Positions 50,624 through 63,811 of a stretch of 64,000 bases of DNA are shown here, piece by piece. Source of the stretch: Haliotis cracherodii (lineage: Eukaryota); the NCBI RefSeq assembly GCF_022045235.1, contig NW_027266280.1:5890001-5954000 (forward strand), written 5' to 3'. Made by a program: the position numbers and the translations under genes. The notes beneath the pieces are model-generated. The model had not been told where the DNA came from. It ran no database searches and saw only the letters and a program-made list of their open reading frames with translations. Numbering within the stretch: the first letter of the stretch is position 1; each line of letters starts with the position of its first letter.

Positions 50624-52823
50624 TATCATCAACACTTGGCTTCTTTATAATAATTGGTATTGACATTTATATTTCATAATCTCCTAATTTTCATAAGAAT
50701 ATATAAATGTGGTAAAATTGTTATAATAACCTGATTTCTTTTGGTCTAGATTCGACGCGTCCTCGGGTCTCGGTCCACGATCTTTCAAAGCCGGCTGAAA
50801 AAACAGCATTTCCCCCCTAAAATATGCATCCTTAGTTGGTCGTTTGATTGTAGAAATCCATGTTCATACATGTGTAAGACATGATTGAGAACTTTATTGT
50901 GTAAATATCGAGACGGTTAAAGATAAACATATGTATTCTTTGAATATTTATAATTAAGAATTGACTTTCACTTAGAGTTCATCGGCGCATGAACCTTCAT
51001 AAAATGAGGGCCACACTGTATGAACGTCGGAGCTTGCGATGACGTTTATACAATGCTCGGCCCTCACTCTATGAAGGTTCATACACCAATAAACTCACAC
51101 AAAGTGAAAGTAAATATCATTTTTTATATCACTATTGTATATGTCGAGGGATTGATTCTTCTTGAACATCTTTGGTTACAACAAATGAATTCAAATAATA
51201 TTATTATTTATGATGAAAATGTCTCTTAAGAACAATCTCAATAAGTCAGTCACGGTGGCAGCGCGTCGTAAGACATTTACATCATATACAGAAAGTCAAA
51301 ATGGCCGACACGATAAACGTAACGGGAGAGATTTCCGAAGTTGTTCATGAACCTGTGGCGATTACAAAATATTAGTCTTCATTGATCAACAGGCCGATCA
51401 GTGAAAGGAGACTACATGTTTAAAGATGTGTCAAATAGATACTAGTACTGAGGTAAATTTTAAGTATGCTGTTTGCTGTTACTTGTCAGTCTGGACAGGA
51501 ATCGAGTCCATAGTTTTGATGTGATATTCTTCGTTTTGTTCCCTAGGATGGATCGTGGCGCGTGGGCATACAATTAAACTCTCTGAAATATCGCCATGTA
51601 TGGTAAAATGCTATGTTCAAAATTATAGAGTCTAAATTAGAAAGAACGCTATTGTATTTATTCATGCATTCATGCGAGGGAATTCCCAAGGGCTTCCTCA
51701 GGAACGTGGAGGCAGTCCGCCAGTAAACACGTTATTTGGAGAATACAGTCTCGTTAAATACGAATGAACGTCAAAATGTGTTGTAGATACACTTATGGAC
51801 GTCAGCTTCGCGTCAGGTGACCGATTATCGTCCAATGGAAAGCCGTATATCGTGTAAGCGTCACATTATAAAGTGACGTTAGATTTGTGTCGTTTTGCAA
51901 CTAATTCATATGATATATGTATTATCATGTTCAATGTGCTTGTATCCTGACATGATTTATCTCCCCTTGTATGTACATGTTGGAATGTCGTTTTCGTTAT
52001 TGTATTTTCATCTGTGTCTGGTTAGTATTGTGAAATTGTGACTGTAATTGATTAACAGTTTAATACATAAAATTCAAACTCTGTCTTTGCAGTTTCTTTC
52101 TTTCACCTGACTTCCGTTAGTAGATAAAGCAATTACATTGGGTAAATCTGCACTGAAATTTAACAATATCAAATTTCACAAATTACAACACCATAAAATG
52201 TTTCTGGAAATGCAAATTCTTTACATAGTAATTATTTAATACACATAACATTGAGGCAAATAATTATACTGAAACGTAAAGCTTTTGATTTTCTAGGTAG
52301 CCTCAACGAAATGTATGGGTAGACATTTGCCCCTCCGGCGCCTCCCATCACAAACACATACACAGGCAGGTCAATTGTTTACCTGATCAAAATACGTGAA
52401 CAAATGGTATAAGTCACTGAAGCGTCAAGTTTGGATATGTCCTCCACATGTTTACCATAAACCTGTCTGAAAGCTTTGCTTAGGCCTTGAATGTTGTAAT
52501 CTTGATCAACAACTTATAAGCATGAATCGTATGAAATCTTTGAAATCTTCAGCATGTAGTTCAAGTAGGTAAATCAAAGGATGAGAACTAGCCATTTAAC
52601 CGTTATTGAAGGACATCAGCTCATCGATATATCTGAAGTTTAAGTTATTGGACCGAATTCCCTTGTTTTGACTTTGCCATTCTGAGCAGATATTTCGATT
52701 CATAGGTATTCTAATATAAAAAAAAACAGATCAGCTAGGAGAGCACCACTAGTGCCCATGGGAATGCTTACTTCTTGTCTTATCCCCAAATGTCTGTGTC
52801 AGTGAGCTTGTCCGACTGTCTAC

Positions 52824-53792
52824 ATTTTCTCAACCGCAAAAGAAACTCAAGTCAATTTTTTGGTCGTGAAATGCACAAAATATTATTTTGTGAAAAGAAA
52901 AAGTATACAAACGCAAAGAGACGCGTTGAAGAAACCCTGTTCACTATTTACATCATTTTGAGCACGTCGAAGGAATGCTGTCGCATCGTCTCGTTTGACG
53001 CTTTTTGCACGTTTTTGCGCAAATCACATTGAAATATGCGTGCATTTTCCCCTTGTCCACTATATAAAAAACACTAAGCATCTTACACTCGACTTTGCAA
53101 AAGGACAGGAAACATGGTTCTTTTAACTGAACTCCAGAGAGGCGTTGCCATGGGGATACTACAGGCCAGATTAATGTCAACAGCAGTGGAGAGGCACTCT
53201 GGTTGTCATGTGTCTACCCTCACCAGATTGGTCGCAAGGCATCAACAGACAGGCAGTGTGCAAGACCGGCCTCGTTCTGGAAGGCTAAGGGTTTACTCCA
53301 GCGCATGACCGTTACATCCGGGGTTACACATCTGCGTGACCGACAGCTTCAGTTATCATCACAGGGCCTCGTGTTCCGTCAGCGTGAAACTGCTGTTGTG
53401 TACAGGGAATATGTTCTTCGTAATCACATCAGACTTCTCTTTATGGGTTCACCTCAACTCAAGGTCTTTCAGCATCTCAACGCTCGTCCCCATACAGCAC
53501 GGGTCTCTGTGGACTTCCTCAGAGTGAAAAACATTCCTGGGATGCCCTTTATTACCGAAAATGGCGCCATTTGAGCATGTCTTACACGAGATAGGGAGAT
53601 TGGTCTTCAGGCTGTAAGGCAGCCACATCCACTTCAGGAACTGGAAGCCATTTTCGTGTTGGCATGGAACGGGATTCCTCTGAGACGGCGATGTGCGGCC
53701 AGTAACGTTACTTTATGTTATCGACATATCTTTTATGGTCATAACGTTATCCGCATTTTATACAACTTGCGTTTCTTTTGCGGTTGAAAATA
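52824..53792 (+). mobile_element. Tc1 relic, third family
   Basis: TIR pair TCAACCGCAAAAGAAAC / GTTTCTTTTGCGGTTGA; QTGSVQDRPRSGR and FQH.NARPH remnants. Confidence 0.8.
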
Positions 53793-53854
53793 TATTGTTT
53801 TCTCGGTAAACTTTATATGACAGTTGCTCTCAGTTTTGTCATGAACTGTCACAT

Positions 53855-54310
53855 CCCCGTGAAGATCTGGGTTAGAAATGGTCTTCATCAACCTATGCTT
53901 GTCCCCCGTGGAGATCCGGGTTAGAATTGGCCTTCATCACCCCACGCTTGTCCACCGTGGAGATCCGGGTTAGAATTGGTCTTCATCAATCCATGTTTGT
54001 CCCCCGTGGAGATCCGGGTTAGAATTGGTCTTCATCAATCCATGTTTGTCCCCCGTGGAGATCCGGGATAGAATTGGTCTTCATCATCCCATGCTTGTCC
54101 CCCGTGGAGATCCGGGTTAGAATTGGTCTTCATCAATCAATATGTGTCCCCCCTGGTGATCCGGGTTAGAATTGGTCTTCATCAATCCATGTTTATCCCC
54201 GGTGGAGATACGGGTTAGAATTGTTCTTCATCAATCCATGTATGTCCCCCCATGGAGATCCGGGTTAGAATTTGTCTTCATCAGCCCATACTTGTCCCCC
54301 GTGAAGATCC
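53855..54310 (+). repeat. 49-bp minisatellite (about 9 units) derived from the SINE B 5' end
   Basis: Unit CCCCGTGGAGATCCGGGTTAGAATTGGTCTTCATCAATCCATGTTTGTC, followed by the rest of the SINE to about 54483. Confidence 0.93.
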
Positions 54311-55157
54311 CCGGTGACGGGATTGGGTGGTCGGGCTCGCTGGTTTGGTTGATGCACGTCATCGTATCATCATTGCTCAAGATGTCAACCACTTAGTTGT
54401 CTGGGCCAGACTCGAATGTTTACAGATCGCCGTCATATAGCTGGAATATTGCTGAGTGTGGCGTTAAACAACAACCAAACAAAGCGTGCCGCAATGTACA
54501 ACTGACACTGCGCGTGGTCTCCGGGGAATAAGCTCGTTTTATGGAAGAAATTAAGCAAAGGAATCAATGTTCAAGAGAATTTATTAGGCAACGTCACACA
54601 ATCCACCAATACATACAGAACATCACCCGTGAAGATCCGATGCTTGCCGTAAAAGGTGACTATGCATGTCGTAAGAGGCGACAAACGGGATCGGGTGGTC
54701 AGGCTCGCTGGCTTGGTTGATGCATGTCATCATATCCCCATTGCGTGGATCGATGCTCATGATTGTCTGGTCGAGACTCAATTATTTACATACCGCCGCT
54801 ATATGGTTGCAACATTGCTGTCTGCGGCGTTAAACAACAAAGAAACAAACACAGGAAATTCTGAAACCGTGCTCTGGCTCAAGGAAAAACTATCCCCTAG
54901 CTCATACATACATGAGCCTACTGGTCTTTCTTACTCAACCCGAAGTGTTCGTTCAACAGGTGTAAATTACAAACATTATGGTTTGAAATAAACCCAAAAT
55001 ACAAAAAAAGAACTTTTGTAATATCAAAACAAAAAAGTGCATGTTATCCACTGCTACAACCACCTTATCACAATATTAAGGACCGTAACACACAAAACAT
55101 TTTAGAATTAATGTTTCTACATATATGCACCGTTTAGAGTAGGAGACATGTTCTTTT

Positions 55158-55270
55158 TTATTTTACTGAATAAACTCGTGTTACAAATGTTGATGACAAA
55201 TATTTATATTTTCTAGCAGTCTTGGCTTCCGCTTTGACAAGTTTCCGTATTGGCCACGCTGACACCCCTT
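55158..55270 (-). CDS. Possible terminal exon of gene B
   Basis: TTCTTTAG acceptor compatible with phase 1, open to a TAA that overlaps AATAAA; no recognisable motif. Confidence 0.3.
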
Positions 55271-56645
55271 CTAAAGAATAACGTATCTTGCATTTAGTGA
55301 GTTTGTTTTTGGATTGTTGTTTAAAAAGTGAAAAGGATTTAAAATAGTATATCACTTTCAGATTGTTGTTTCCATCTGACGCAGTTATATATTTTAGTAT
55401 AAAAACAATACATCGGCTATCATCTCGCCGCGAGACATTTGTGTCTCGAAAGACTTAAGTTATTTACAGGAAGACAACAGTGTCTTTATAGATATTTAGT
55501 TATCAAAGAGAAAACTATGCAGTCACCAGTTACATATTGATGCATGTAAAAGACAATGTTAGATGTCAATCACTTGATTGTCTGATCCAGACTCGATTAA
55601 TTACAGACCGCCATCATGTAGCTGGAATATTGCTGACTGCAGCGTTAAACAACAAACAAACAATGTTAGAATGTTTACAACGATGAGATCAGTACTCTTA
55701 GGCACGACATCAAAACCGCAACAGTCCATGTATCACCTGTGAAAATTAAGCAAATTACAATATGAAAGATTGTACTCAGCACTCAGCAATATTTCTGCTC
55801 TATGACGGCGTTCTGTAAATAATCGAGTGATTGATAACATGAGTATTGATTCGGGCAACGGGATACGATGACATGCATCAACCAGGTAAGCGAACCTGAC
55901 CACCCGATCCAGTCAGTCGCCTCATACGGCAAGCATTGGTTGCTGAAGACCAATTCTAACCCTGACCACGGAGTGAGTATGGTTTTACGCCACTTTCAGC
56001 AATATTCCAGCCATGTCATGGTGATGGGGCATGCTTCACACATTGTACCAATTGCGTAATCTAACCTAGGTATTTGGCATGACACACCAGTACTTTATCC
56101 AAATGCACTATTGATCTAAGGTGAGGTGAGGTGAAGTTGGGTTTAACGTCGCGTCCAAGATTACTGCACTTATACAGCGACGTGCTTGCACGTGTGTGTG
56201 GCTGCTTGTACTAGCACACTGAGATACCATGCCACAGTTAAACATGAATACCCCACTTAGACACAGTATACTGACTCTGAGCCGACCATTCCTGTTTAGC
56301 CCCTTATGCCGAGCGCCAGGCAGGGTAACAACAAGTACCATTTTTTAACGTCTTTTGGTATGACGCGGCCGGGGATCGAACCCCGGACCTTCCGCTCTCC
56401 GGACGCTCTACCACTAGACCACGGAGGCGGTCCTATTGATTTAAGTGTTTACTTAAGCAACATTCCCAGTAGCTTGCCGTCAAAGTTATAACTGAAAAGA
56501 ACATACGAAATATGTTACTGCGAGGGGAGGGCGGGTTGTGGTGGTTCGCTTGTTAGTGTGTTCGTTGTTCGGGATGTATTTGTATTTGCATTTATATGTA
56601 CTAAGTGTGTATGTGTTCATACATATCTCTGTGTGTTTAATATAC

Positions 56646-56843
56646 CTTTTTCAAAGTTTGCGCTTGAAGGAATAGGTCCATCGTCATCCACGTCCACATT
56701 TGCCTTCCTCTTCTTTGTATCTGGCATGGGTGTCCCTCCTAGCTCTTTATCTAGCCAGGTTGTCTCCCCTTGCTCGTTATGTAGACAGGTTGTCTCCCCT
56801 TGCTCTCTTTCTGCTTCAGTCCGGGGACAGATGCCATCTATAC
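56646..56843 (-). CDS. Gene B exon 4 (GIDGICPRTEAEREQGETT...)
   Basis: CACAG acceptor, 198 nt open, phase 1-1. The start GIDGICP is homologous to GTDGDCP in the paralogue; contains an internal 30-bp duplication. Confidence 0.65.
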
Positions 56844-56977
56844 CTGTGAGCAGAGTGTTTTTGTTGGAAATGGTTCTGACAGAACGCCTCCCTCATAATT
56901 ACTGCATAATCTTAATCAACCTGTTTATGATGAATGTATTGTCTTTATCCCCAAGGCAAGCATGTTCAGACAACACA

Positions 56978-57230
56978 TGTACATCCACAAGACTACATGA
57001 TAAGAGGGATGACTTCAACTTTCCAATAGTCAACTTTCCCAATATGTCGAGCAATACTCCAGCAGCTCCAGCCCTTGGTGTCTACATTTCAAGGTCAAAT
57101 CGAGTATGCTCTTTCTACGAAGATTTCAAACAGCGTCGTATAACTCTGGCTACTAAGTTGTCTGATCAAGGTTACAACATTCAGTTCATCAGGAAAAGCT
57201 TTCAAAGGCATCAGTTGTGCTCTCCTAGGT
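56978..57230 (+). mobile_element. Penelope-like retroelement RT C-terminal fragment; related pieces at 9130-9465, 23085-23600, 30750-31250, 35420-35920 and 52400-52680 (-)
   Basis: STRLHDKRDDFNFPIVNFPNMSSNTPAAPALGVYIS...YEDF...L.DQGY motif. Confidence 0.75.
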
Positions 57231-58042
57231 AATCTGTTTTTTTAAATATATGAATTGAAATATCCGCTGAAAATAGTAAAGTCAAAACAAGGGAATTTGG
57301 TCAAACAGTTAAACTTAAGCTGATATCCTTCAATAATGGCCAAATAGCCAGTTCTCTTCCACTAATTTAACTACTTGAACTACATGCTGAAGATTACATT
57401 GATTTCATACGCTTAATGCCTAAAAGTTGTTGATTAAGGTTATGACATTCATTGCATCAGGAAAAGCTTTCAAAGTATTTTATGGTAGACATGTAGACAT
57501 ATACTTGCGAATTTGCGTGTCCTTGATAAACTTTAAAAAGACCATACATGATATGTTCCAGGAACGTAATACCTTTTCATACAGATAATAGGAAAGTTCT
57601 CTTTAATAAGGTTTATATATCTCACCTAACATTGTCGCAAATTTCACTTCGACATTTCTAGGTTTTATTCTGGGTTAAGATGTACATCGTGATTGATACG
57701 TGATTGTGTTATCGAACTTATCACACTTTCCTGGTGAGCTTTTAGCAATATTCCAGCAATATCCCGGCGGGGGACACCAGAAATGGGCTTCACACATTGT
57801 ACCCATATGGGGAATCGAGCCCGGGTCTTCGGCGTGACGAGCGGATGCTTTAACCACAAGGCTACACCACCGCCCCCACTTTCCTGGAGATGTTAGTAGA
57901 GTTCTTAATTTCCATAAAAAGGCTGTCGACCAACAAAGGTCGTGCCAACCTCCACGAATAGCTCTTTTAGGTATTTAGGAGAGGATGCATCGATGTTTAA
58001 AAAACTGCATGGGATCCTAACACTTTGAGTATTCCAACTTAC

Positions 58043-58207
58043 CAAAGCAGTATCTCTCCGAGCAACCGTCCATCTTCACAAGGTAGTACACATAGAAGTG
58101 TCCACAGTTCTTCACCTGGATTATCACACGCTTCATGCAAGAGTCGTCGTAGCCGCTGACGCACACGGATCTATGCACAACGCCGTCACGGACGGATGGG
58201 TGTGTCC
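58043..58207 (-). CDS. Gene B exon 3: D8C domain, C-half
   Basis: GTHPSVRDGVVHRSVC...C...IQVKNCGHFYVYYL...CSERYCFG; 165 nt, GTAAGT donor. Confidence 0.92.
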
Positions 58208-58741
58208 CTGTAACAGATGACTTGATACATGGTGGAGGCTTATTGTGTTATGAATAACACAACCTAATTTTACCTTATCGTTTCTTGTTTTACGTCGAGG
58301 CAGCAATGTACAAGCAGTATCGCATCAGTGTATCAATACCGGGTCCGGGACAGACAAGCCAGTGGTTGATAAGAACTTCCCAGAGGCGAGACGGATAACA
58401 TACAACCAGGAACGTCACATAACCTGATCTCATCTACATGCGTGAATCCCACGAAAAGTATAAGCTACTTGTGCCTACACAATAGGATAGCACGATATAT
58501 TATCGCGGTAGTTAATTTATAATGGATTTACATGCAACTCTGACATGCATAAGCAGCTTTGTAAAATTATTTTTTTCATTTTTCAATGGTGATGATAATT
58601 TACAATAAGCAAACATATAATCCATTTTTGAGATAATGATAATTGGACAGTTATCTGGACGAAGTGAAGCATCTGAGAGAAGAGATGCAATTGGTCTCGG
58701 TTATGACAATGCATTGCCTCAAACCTTCATCAAAGAGGCGA

Positions 58742-59005
58742 CCCGTGAAGATCCGGGGTAGAACAGGTCTTCAGCAACCCACGCTTGTCGTAAAAGGCGA
58801 CTATGCTTGTCATAAGAGGCGACTATCGGGTTCGGGTGGTCAGGCTCGCTGACTTGGTTGATGCAAGTCATCGTATCCCAATTGCGTGGATCGATGCTCA
58901 TGATGTCAATCACTTGATTGTCTGGTCCAGGCACGATTATTTACAGAGTGCCGTCATATAGCTGGAATATTGCTGAGTGCGGCGTTTAACAACAAATCAA
59001 ACCAA
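58742..59005 (+). mobile_element. SINE family B copy in gene B intron 2
   Basis: Absent from the homologous intron of gene C (empty site at about 46325); flanked by an imperfect duplication ATCAAAGAGGC / ATCAATAAGGC. Confidence 0.88.
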
Positions 59006-59069
59006 AAATCAATAAGGCTTTGTAGACTTCAGTGCTGAAGAATCATGTTTCATAAATCACACAACATAC

Positions 59070-59276
59070 CATTCAGCCAGCCGGGGTAGTTGGCGCCGCA
59101 GCTGTTGATGTCCACGTGCGATGTTGGCATCTTCAGAGCTCCATAATAGTTGACCACCTTGTACCAGTTCTCGGTGATGTAGCGGTCACACTCCACTGGC
59201 TGATAGGGACATTTGGGACTGCGACCTCCCTTGTCGTAGATGTACTTGTGGTCGGTGCAGGGGTCGGGAGTTGCAG
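59070..59276 (-). CDS. Gene B exon 2: UMOD/GP2/OIT3-like D8C domain, N-half
   Basis: DPC...CDRYITENWYK...MPT...CGANYPGWLNG; CAG acceptor and GTATGT donor, 207 nt, phase 1-1. Confidence 0.9.
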
Positions 59277-59449
59277 CTGATGGAAATGAATACATCTCAA
59301 TATCGTTCTGTTACATGGGCATTGCATGCATGGCTAGGGTCGGGTTGTGGTTAACGTTTCTTTATATCTGTCGGATTTAAGCGCAAACCACCTCCATTAG
59401 TTTGGCTGCATTGCCAAAAGTCGAGTACCGTTTCCTATTATTGTGTATT

Positions 59450-59717
59450 TGTGACATGTTTGTCTGGTATTTATTCTGTTTGGCAGGTATTGGTGACATG
59501 TTTGGCAGGTTTTGGTGACATGTTTGGCAGGTTTTGGTGACATGTTTGGCAGGTATTGTGACATGTTTGGCAGGTATTGGTGACATGTTTGGCAGGTATT
59601 GTGACATGTTTGGCAGGTATTGATGACGTGTTTCGCAGGTATTGGTGACATGTTTGGCAGGTATTGGTGACATGTTTGGCAGGTTTTGGTGACATGTTTG
59701 GCAGGTTTTGGTGACAT
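59450..59717. repeat. 21-22-bp minisatellite (about 11 units) in gene B intron 1
   Basis: Unit TGACATGTTTGGCAGGT(A/T)TTGG. Confidence 0.95.
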
Positions 59718-60133
59718 TATAGTTGGATATTAATGATGTTATTACACAACGAATCCATTTCAAGATGTAGATGACAAGTCATGTTTGTTTGCTGTTTAGC
59801 CGCTCTCAGCAATATTCCACGTATATGACGGAGGTCTGTAAATAATCTGGAACAGACAATCCAGTGATTGACCATCATGAGCATCGATCTACGAAGTTGG
59901 GATACGATGACATGCATCAAGCAAGTCACCGAGTCTGACCATTCGATCCCATTGGTCGGATTAAGCACCTTATACAAATTAGCCATGATTTGATCGTCAT
60001 TCATACGAGAGTGAGACTGGAGGTGGGAAGGTGTATAGAATGAACAAACTGATGGCGTTCACCTGTTAGTGTTGATATCAAAATAGAAGATAGCAAAAAT
60101 AGAAGACGGGTGGTAAAAACATAGTTTACTCAC

Positions 60134-60182
60134 ATGTGAGTGGCGTCATCGTGACGAGAGCGACAATGAGTTTTGTTGCCAT
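60134..60182 (-). CDS. Gene B exon 1: signal peptide MATKLIVALVTMTPLT
   Basis: CAACATGG context and a GTGAGT donor in phase 1, joining in frame to SATPDPC. Confidence 0.6.
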
Positions 60183-62912
60183 GTTGATTACAAAAGCGTA
60201 CCACCCCATCATGGCGGGATCTATATGACGCAAACACAACAACCCCCTTCACGTCGCACAGCACCAGATCACGACGCCCTGTCATGCTGGTTACTCTCAA
60301 CAAAGGTGTTTGGTAAACTGCCAGAGAAGACAGGTGTAATATTACACAGACAGACTATGCGTAACCAACCTATAACACGAGACATGTATGTTGACATGGT
60401 TGGCTGCAAAAAGGGAACTCGTATCAACATCTTACCTAGATAAGTCGTCGGGAAAATTGCTTAATCAAGTTTTTTGTTTTTTTATAGAATTCAGCATTAT
60501 TCACAGTTCCTTCGTAACAGCTTGAAGATATAACCATTATTTATCTGGTATCATGAACATTCTCTGTATATTTACGGACCGCCGTAATATAGCTGTAATA
60601 TTGCTGAGTACGGCGTTAAACAACAAACAAACAAACATTCTCTGTTACCAACACGACGCTAAACGGGATGTAGACGGAGTGGGTGTCCGACAAGATGGCG
60701 ATACAGATTCACCACAGTAACATTGGTGAAAGTATTTTTTTTTATTTTAAACATACTATTCACAATAGTAAAACGGTTATCTTGGTTACAAGATGTTCAA
60801 CTTAGAACACCATCTCCTTAATATTTATATCACACCATAAAAGTATTACGAATAGGCAGAGGTAGCGAAGCAGAATAGAATATATATTGTGAGACGTATA
60901 TAATTACAAGGTATGGTCTATTTGTGTTGGATAGAAAACAATTGACCAGCATTCGAGTTTTAGTCATACCATACAAAACTAATTTAATATCCAACGGAAG
61001 CTTGTCCACAACTATGTTATACAAACTTGTCAACAACGCGCCTGCCTCCGTGATCTTGTTGATAGAGCATCCGCCCGGAGAGCGGAAAGTCGTGGGGTCG
61101 AAACGGCCGCGTCATACCAAAAGACGTTGAAAGATGGTACTTGGTGTTACCCTGTCTGACGCTCGGCATTAGGGGCTAAAACAAGGACTGGTCGGCTCGG
61201 AGTCAGTTTACTGTATTTGAGTGATGTATTTATGTTAAACTGCGGCACGGTATCTCAGTAGGCTAGGACTATTAAATCGGCATTAGTCCGGACTAGTACA
61301 ATATATAAGTGCACTAATGTTGAACGTGACGTTAAACCCCAGTCCACCTCGTCTGTTGACAGATCATACTGTTGACATTAAAACAAAAACTCTTATCTCC
61401 AATTATGCACATTCTGTTTAAAGCATCATTTAACTGGCTGGTATCCTTAGCTTGGTATGAACTGTATTTAATTTTCTTTTACATAAAAAAACATTTTTAG
61501 GCGCATTCGAATTATCCTTTTTAAGTGTTGCTCAAGACTTTGATAAAGATGGAGAGCTTTTTTAATGTAAACTAAATTCAACATTTGAAATCTCGGTTCT
61601 AAATTCAATTTAGCGCAGTTGAATATACAGGATGTGTGTGCCTATTCTACTTTGAAATCCACACATTTGATACGTCAGTGACGTTAACACGTTGTCCATC
61701 AACCAGGAAGTGCAATTAGTGTTGATTAGCAACCAGATGTCGCGCTTTCCCCGCTTCCTGGTAACGTAAGATACCCATTGATTGGTCACTCGTCAAAATA
61801 TTAAATCAGATTTGCATCTCTTCCTCTTAGTGGACACGCGTTCACATTGAATCACAGACAACCTTGTCTTAATACGAACCGGGGACCATGGACCAACTCA
61901 AACGCAACTTCTCCAGTCCTTTCCTTCGTCGAACAAAAATCAGACAAAGTCGGAAGGTTCAAGCAGAACAAAAGGTATCAGTGTGAACATCAATGATCTT
62001 TTTACTTGTCAGTGTATGTACATGGCATTATAGGGGCATGTTTGGTCCGATCGTCGAAGGCGCCGCAATTCGCTGTGCAGACTTGCGTCCTTTCAGCACG
62101 CCAGAAACCTATGATTATGGGTTCGAATCCCTGTTCGACCCGATAATGTTTCTAGGTTTGTCAGCACCATGCCCGTGCTAGTGGGTTTCACCAAAGTGGT
62201 AAACGCCTTAGGCCTGCATCACTTAGCGCATTCTTCCTACATTAGCCTGACACGCCGCGATATAACTGGAATAATGTTACAAAGGACGTTAAACACAAAT
62301 CACTCACTCACTTTGTCTGGATACCTCTGAAACGTTCTTCCTGTTGATATCCGGCATAAAAGATATTTTTAAAATCCCCAAATCTTGACCTGTGTATCAG
62401 AAATGTCAATATTTCTAGTGTCAGTTAAATGGATTGACTGGATTTAGTCCTGAAAAAAAGTAGTAACAAAGTAACTAGCTTCATTAATAGAAGGACTCAT
62501 ATTCATTAACACCTCTGAGAAAGTCACGTCCCCTGTTACATTATTCAGACGTAAGGAAGGCCTCAAAGTGAAAATTTCTCTCATAAATCTTGTGACAGCG
62601 GGGTTCTGTCCACGCTATTGATTTGTCAATTCTGCTGTCTTCATAATTTTAATAGGGCCAAAATGGCACTGTTAATTTCAGAGAAGCTGAGACCTTACCA
62701 ACTAGGAAATCCAAGGCCTGTCTTAAAGAAGGCCAAAAGCTATCAAAATTCCATTTGTTGCAAAACAACATCCACATGTCCCATATTAATTGTTTGATGG
62801 GCATTACTTTGAAGTTGACACAATTTATGGATAACGACTTGTTTAATTATTGCAAAGACGACGTTTCAGTATACCGATGATTCTTATACCGTTGTCAAGC
62901 ATGACTGAATAA

Positions 62913-63195
62913 TGAGTGAGTGAGTGAGTTGGGGTTAACGCCGCTTTTAACAGTATTCCAGTTATATTGCGGTGTGTCAGCTTAATGTGGGAGGAAAGTC
63001 CGAAGTGATGCAGGTCTCAGACGTTTACCACTTCGGTGAAACCCACGAGCACGAGTATGGTGCGGACAAACCTAGAAACATAATCGGGGCGAACCGTGAT
63101 TCGAACTCACAATCATAGGTTTCTGGCGTGCCCAAGGGACGCAACTCTGCACAGCAAATCGCGGCGCCTTAGACGACTGGGCCACCCGTGTCCCC
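62913..63195 (-). mobile_element. SINE family C copy
   Basis: Full length; flanked by a CTGAATAATGA duplication. Confidence 0.9.
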
Positions 63196-63646
63196 GGCTG
63201 AATAATGAACATGGTACAGAATATATATAGTAGGTGGAGGGAGATTAACATGAGTAGGTCAAGTGATGAAAACAGAAGGATTATACTGTAGCAACATGAT
63301 GAACAGAGAACACATGATGAAGAAGCCAATACGACAGGAAGCCAATTCAACAGGATAAGTATACATTGGTGGGGTGATTATAACTTAATGAGTTATACAA
63401 TACACGGATACAATAATTACAGACGTCTTGTAAGATTCGCAAACTGGGTGATGCATTGCCTTAGCAACTCCAAGCGAAGGCGAAGGATTGATACCATTCA
63501 TAATTGAAAATTTGTTTATGTTGATGGTGTGAAATACATTTTGGTATCCATGACAACAGGATGGAAGTTATATATATCTTATCATATACGGAAAACGGCT
63601 AGGGGTCAATCTGATTACAAATACTGTATTGTAACTTGTTGTCAAG

Positions 63647-63811
63647 ATGTCTGGAGGATCTCTGGTGGACTATCCTGACGACAGGAGCTTGTCCCCCGAA
63701 TTCCTGGACGCTACATTATCTCTGGACCAACAATTGCCTCTCCATCCTGGTCTGAATGCCTCGCGGGATGTCCTGAGGATTGCTATACCTTGGAGACTGA
63801 ATTTTGCTATG
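63647..63811 (+). CDS. Possible first coding exon of a neighbouring gene
   Basis: CAAGATG start, an open stretch richer in GC and an ATG|GTAGGT donor; no recognisable domain. Confidence 0.25.

Noticed and set aside
53855-54310. CRISPR-like appearance of the 49-, 39- and 22-bp arrays
   Set aside because: Head-to-tail repeats without unique spacers, no cas genes, and a eukaryotic context.
59377-59763. CQTCH (CxxCH) heme-like repeats in ORFs
   Set aside because: A translation artefact of a 21-22-bp intronic minisatellite that shifts frame with each unit.
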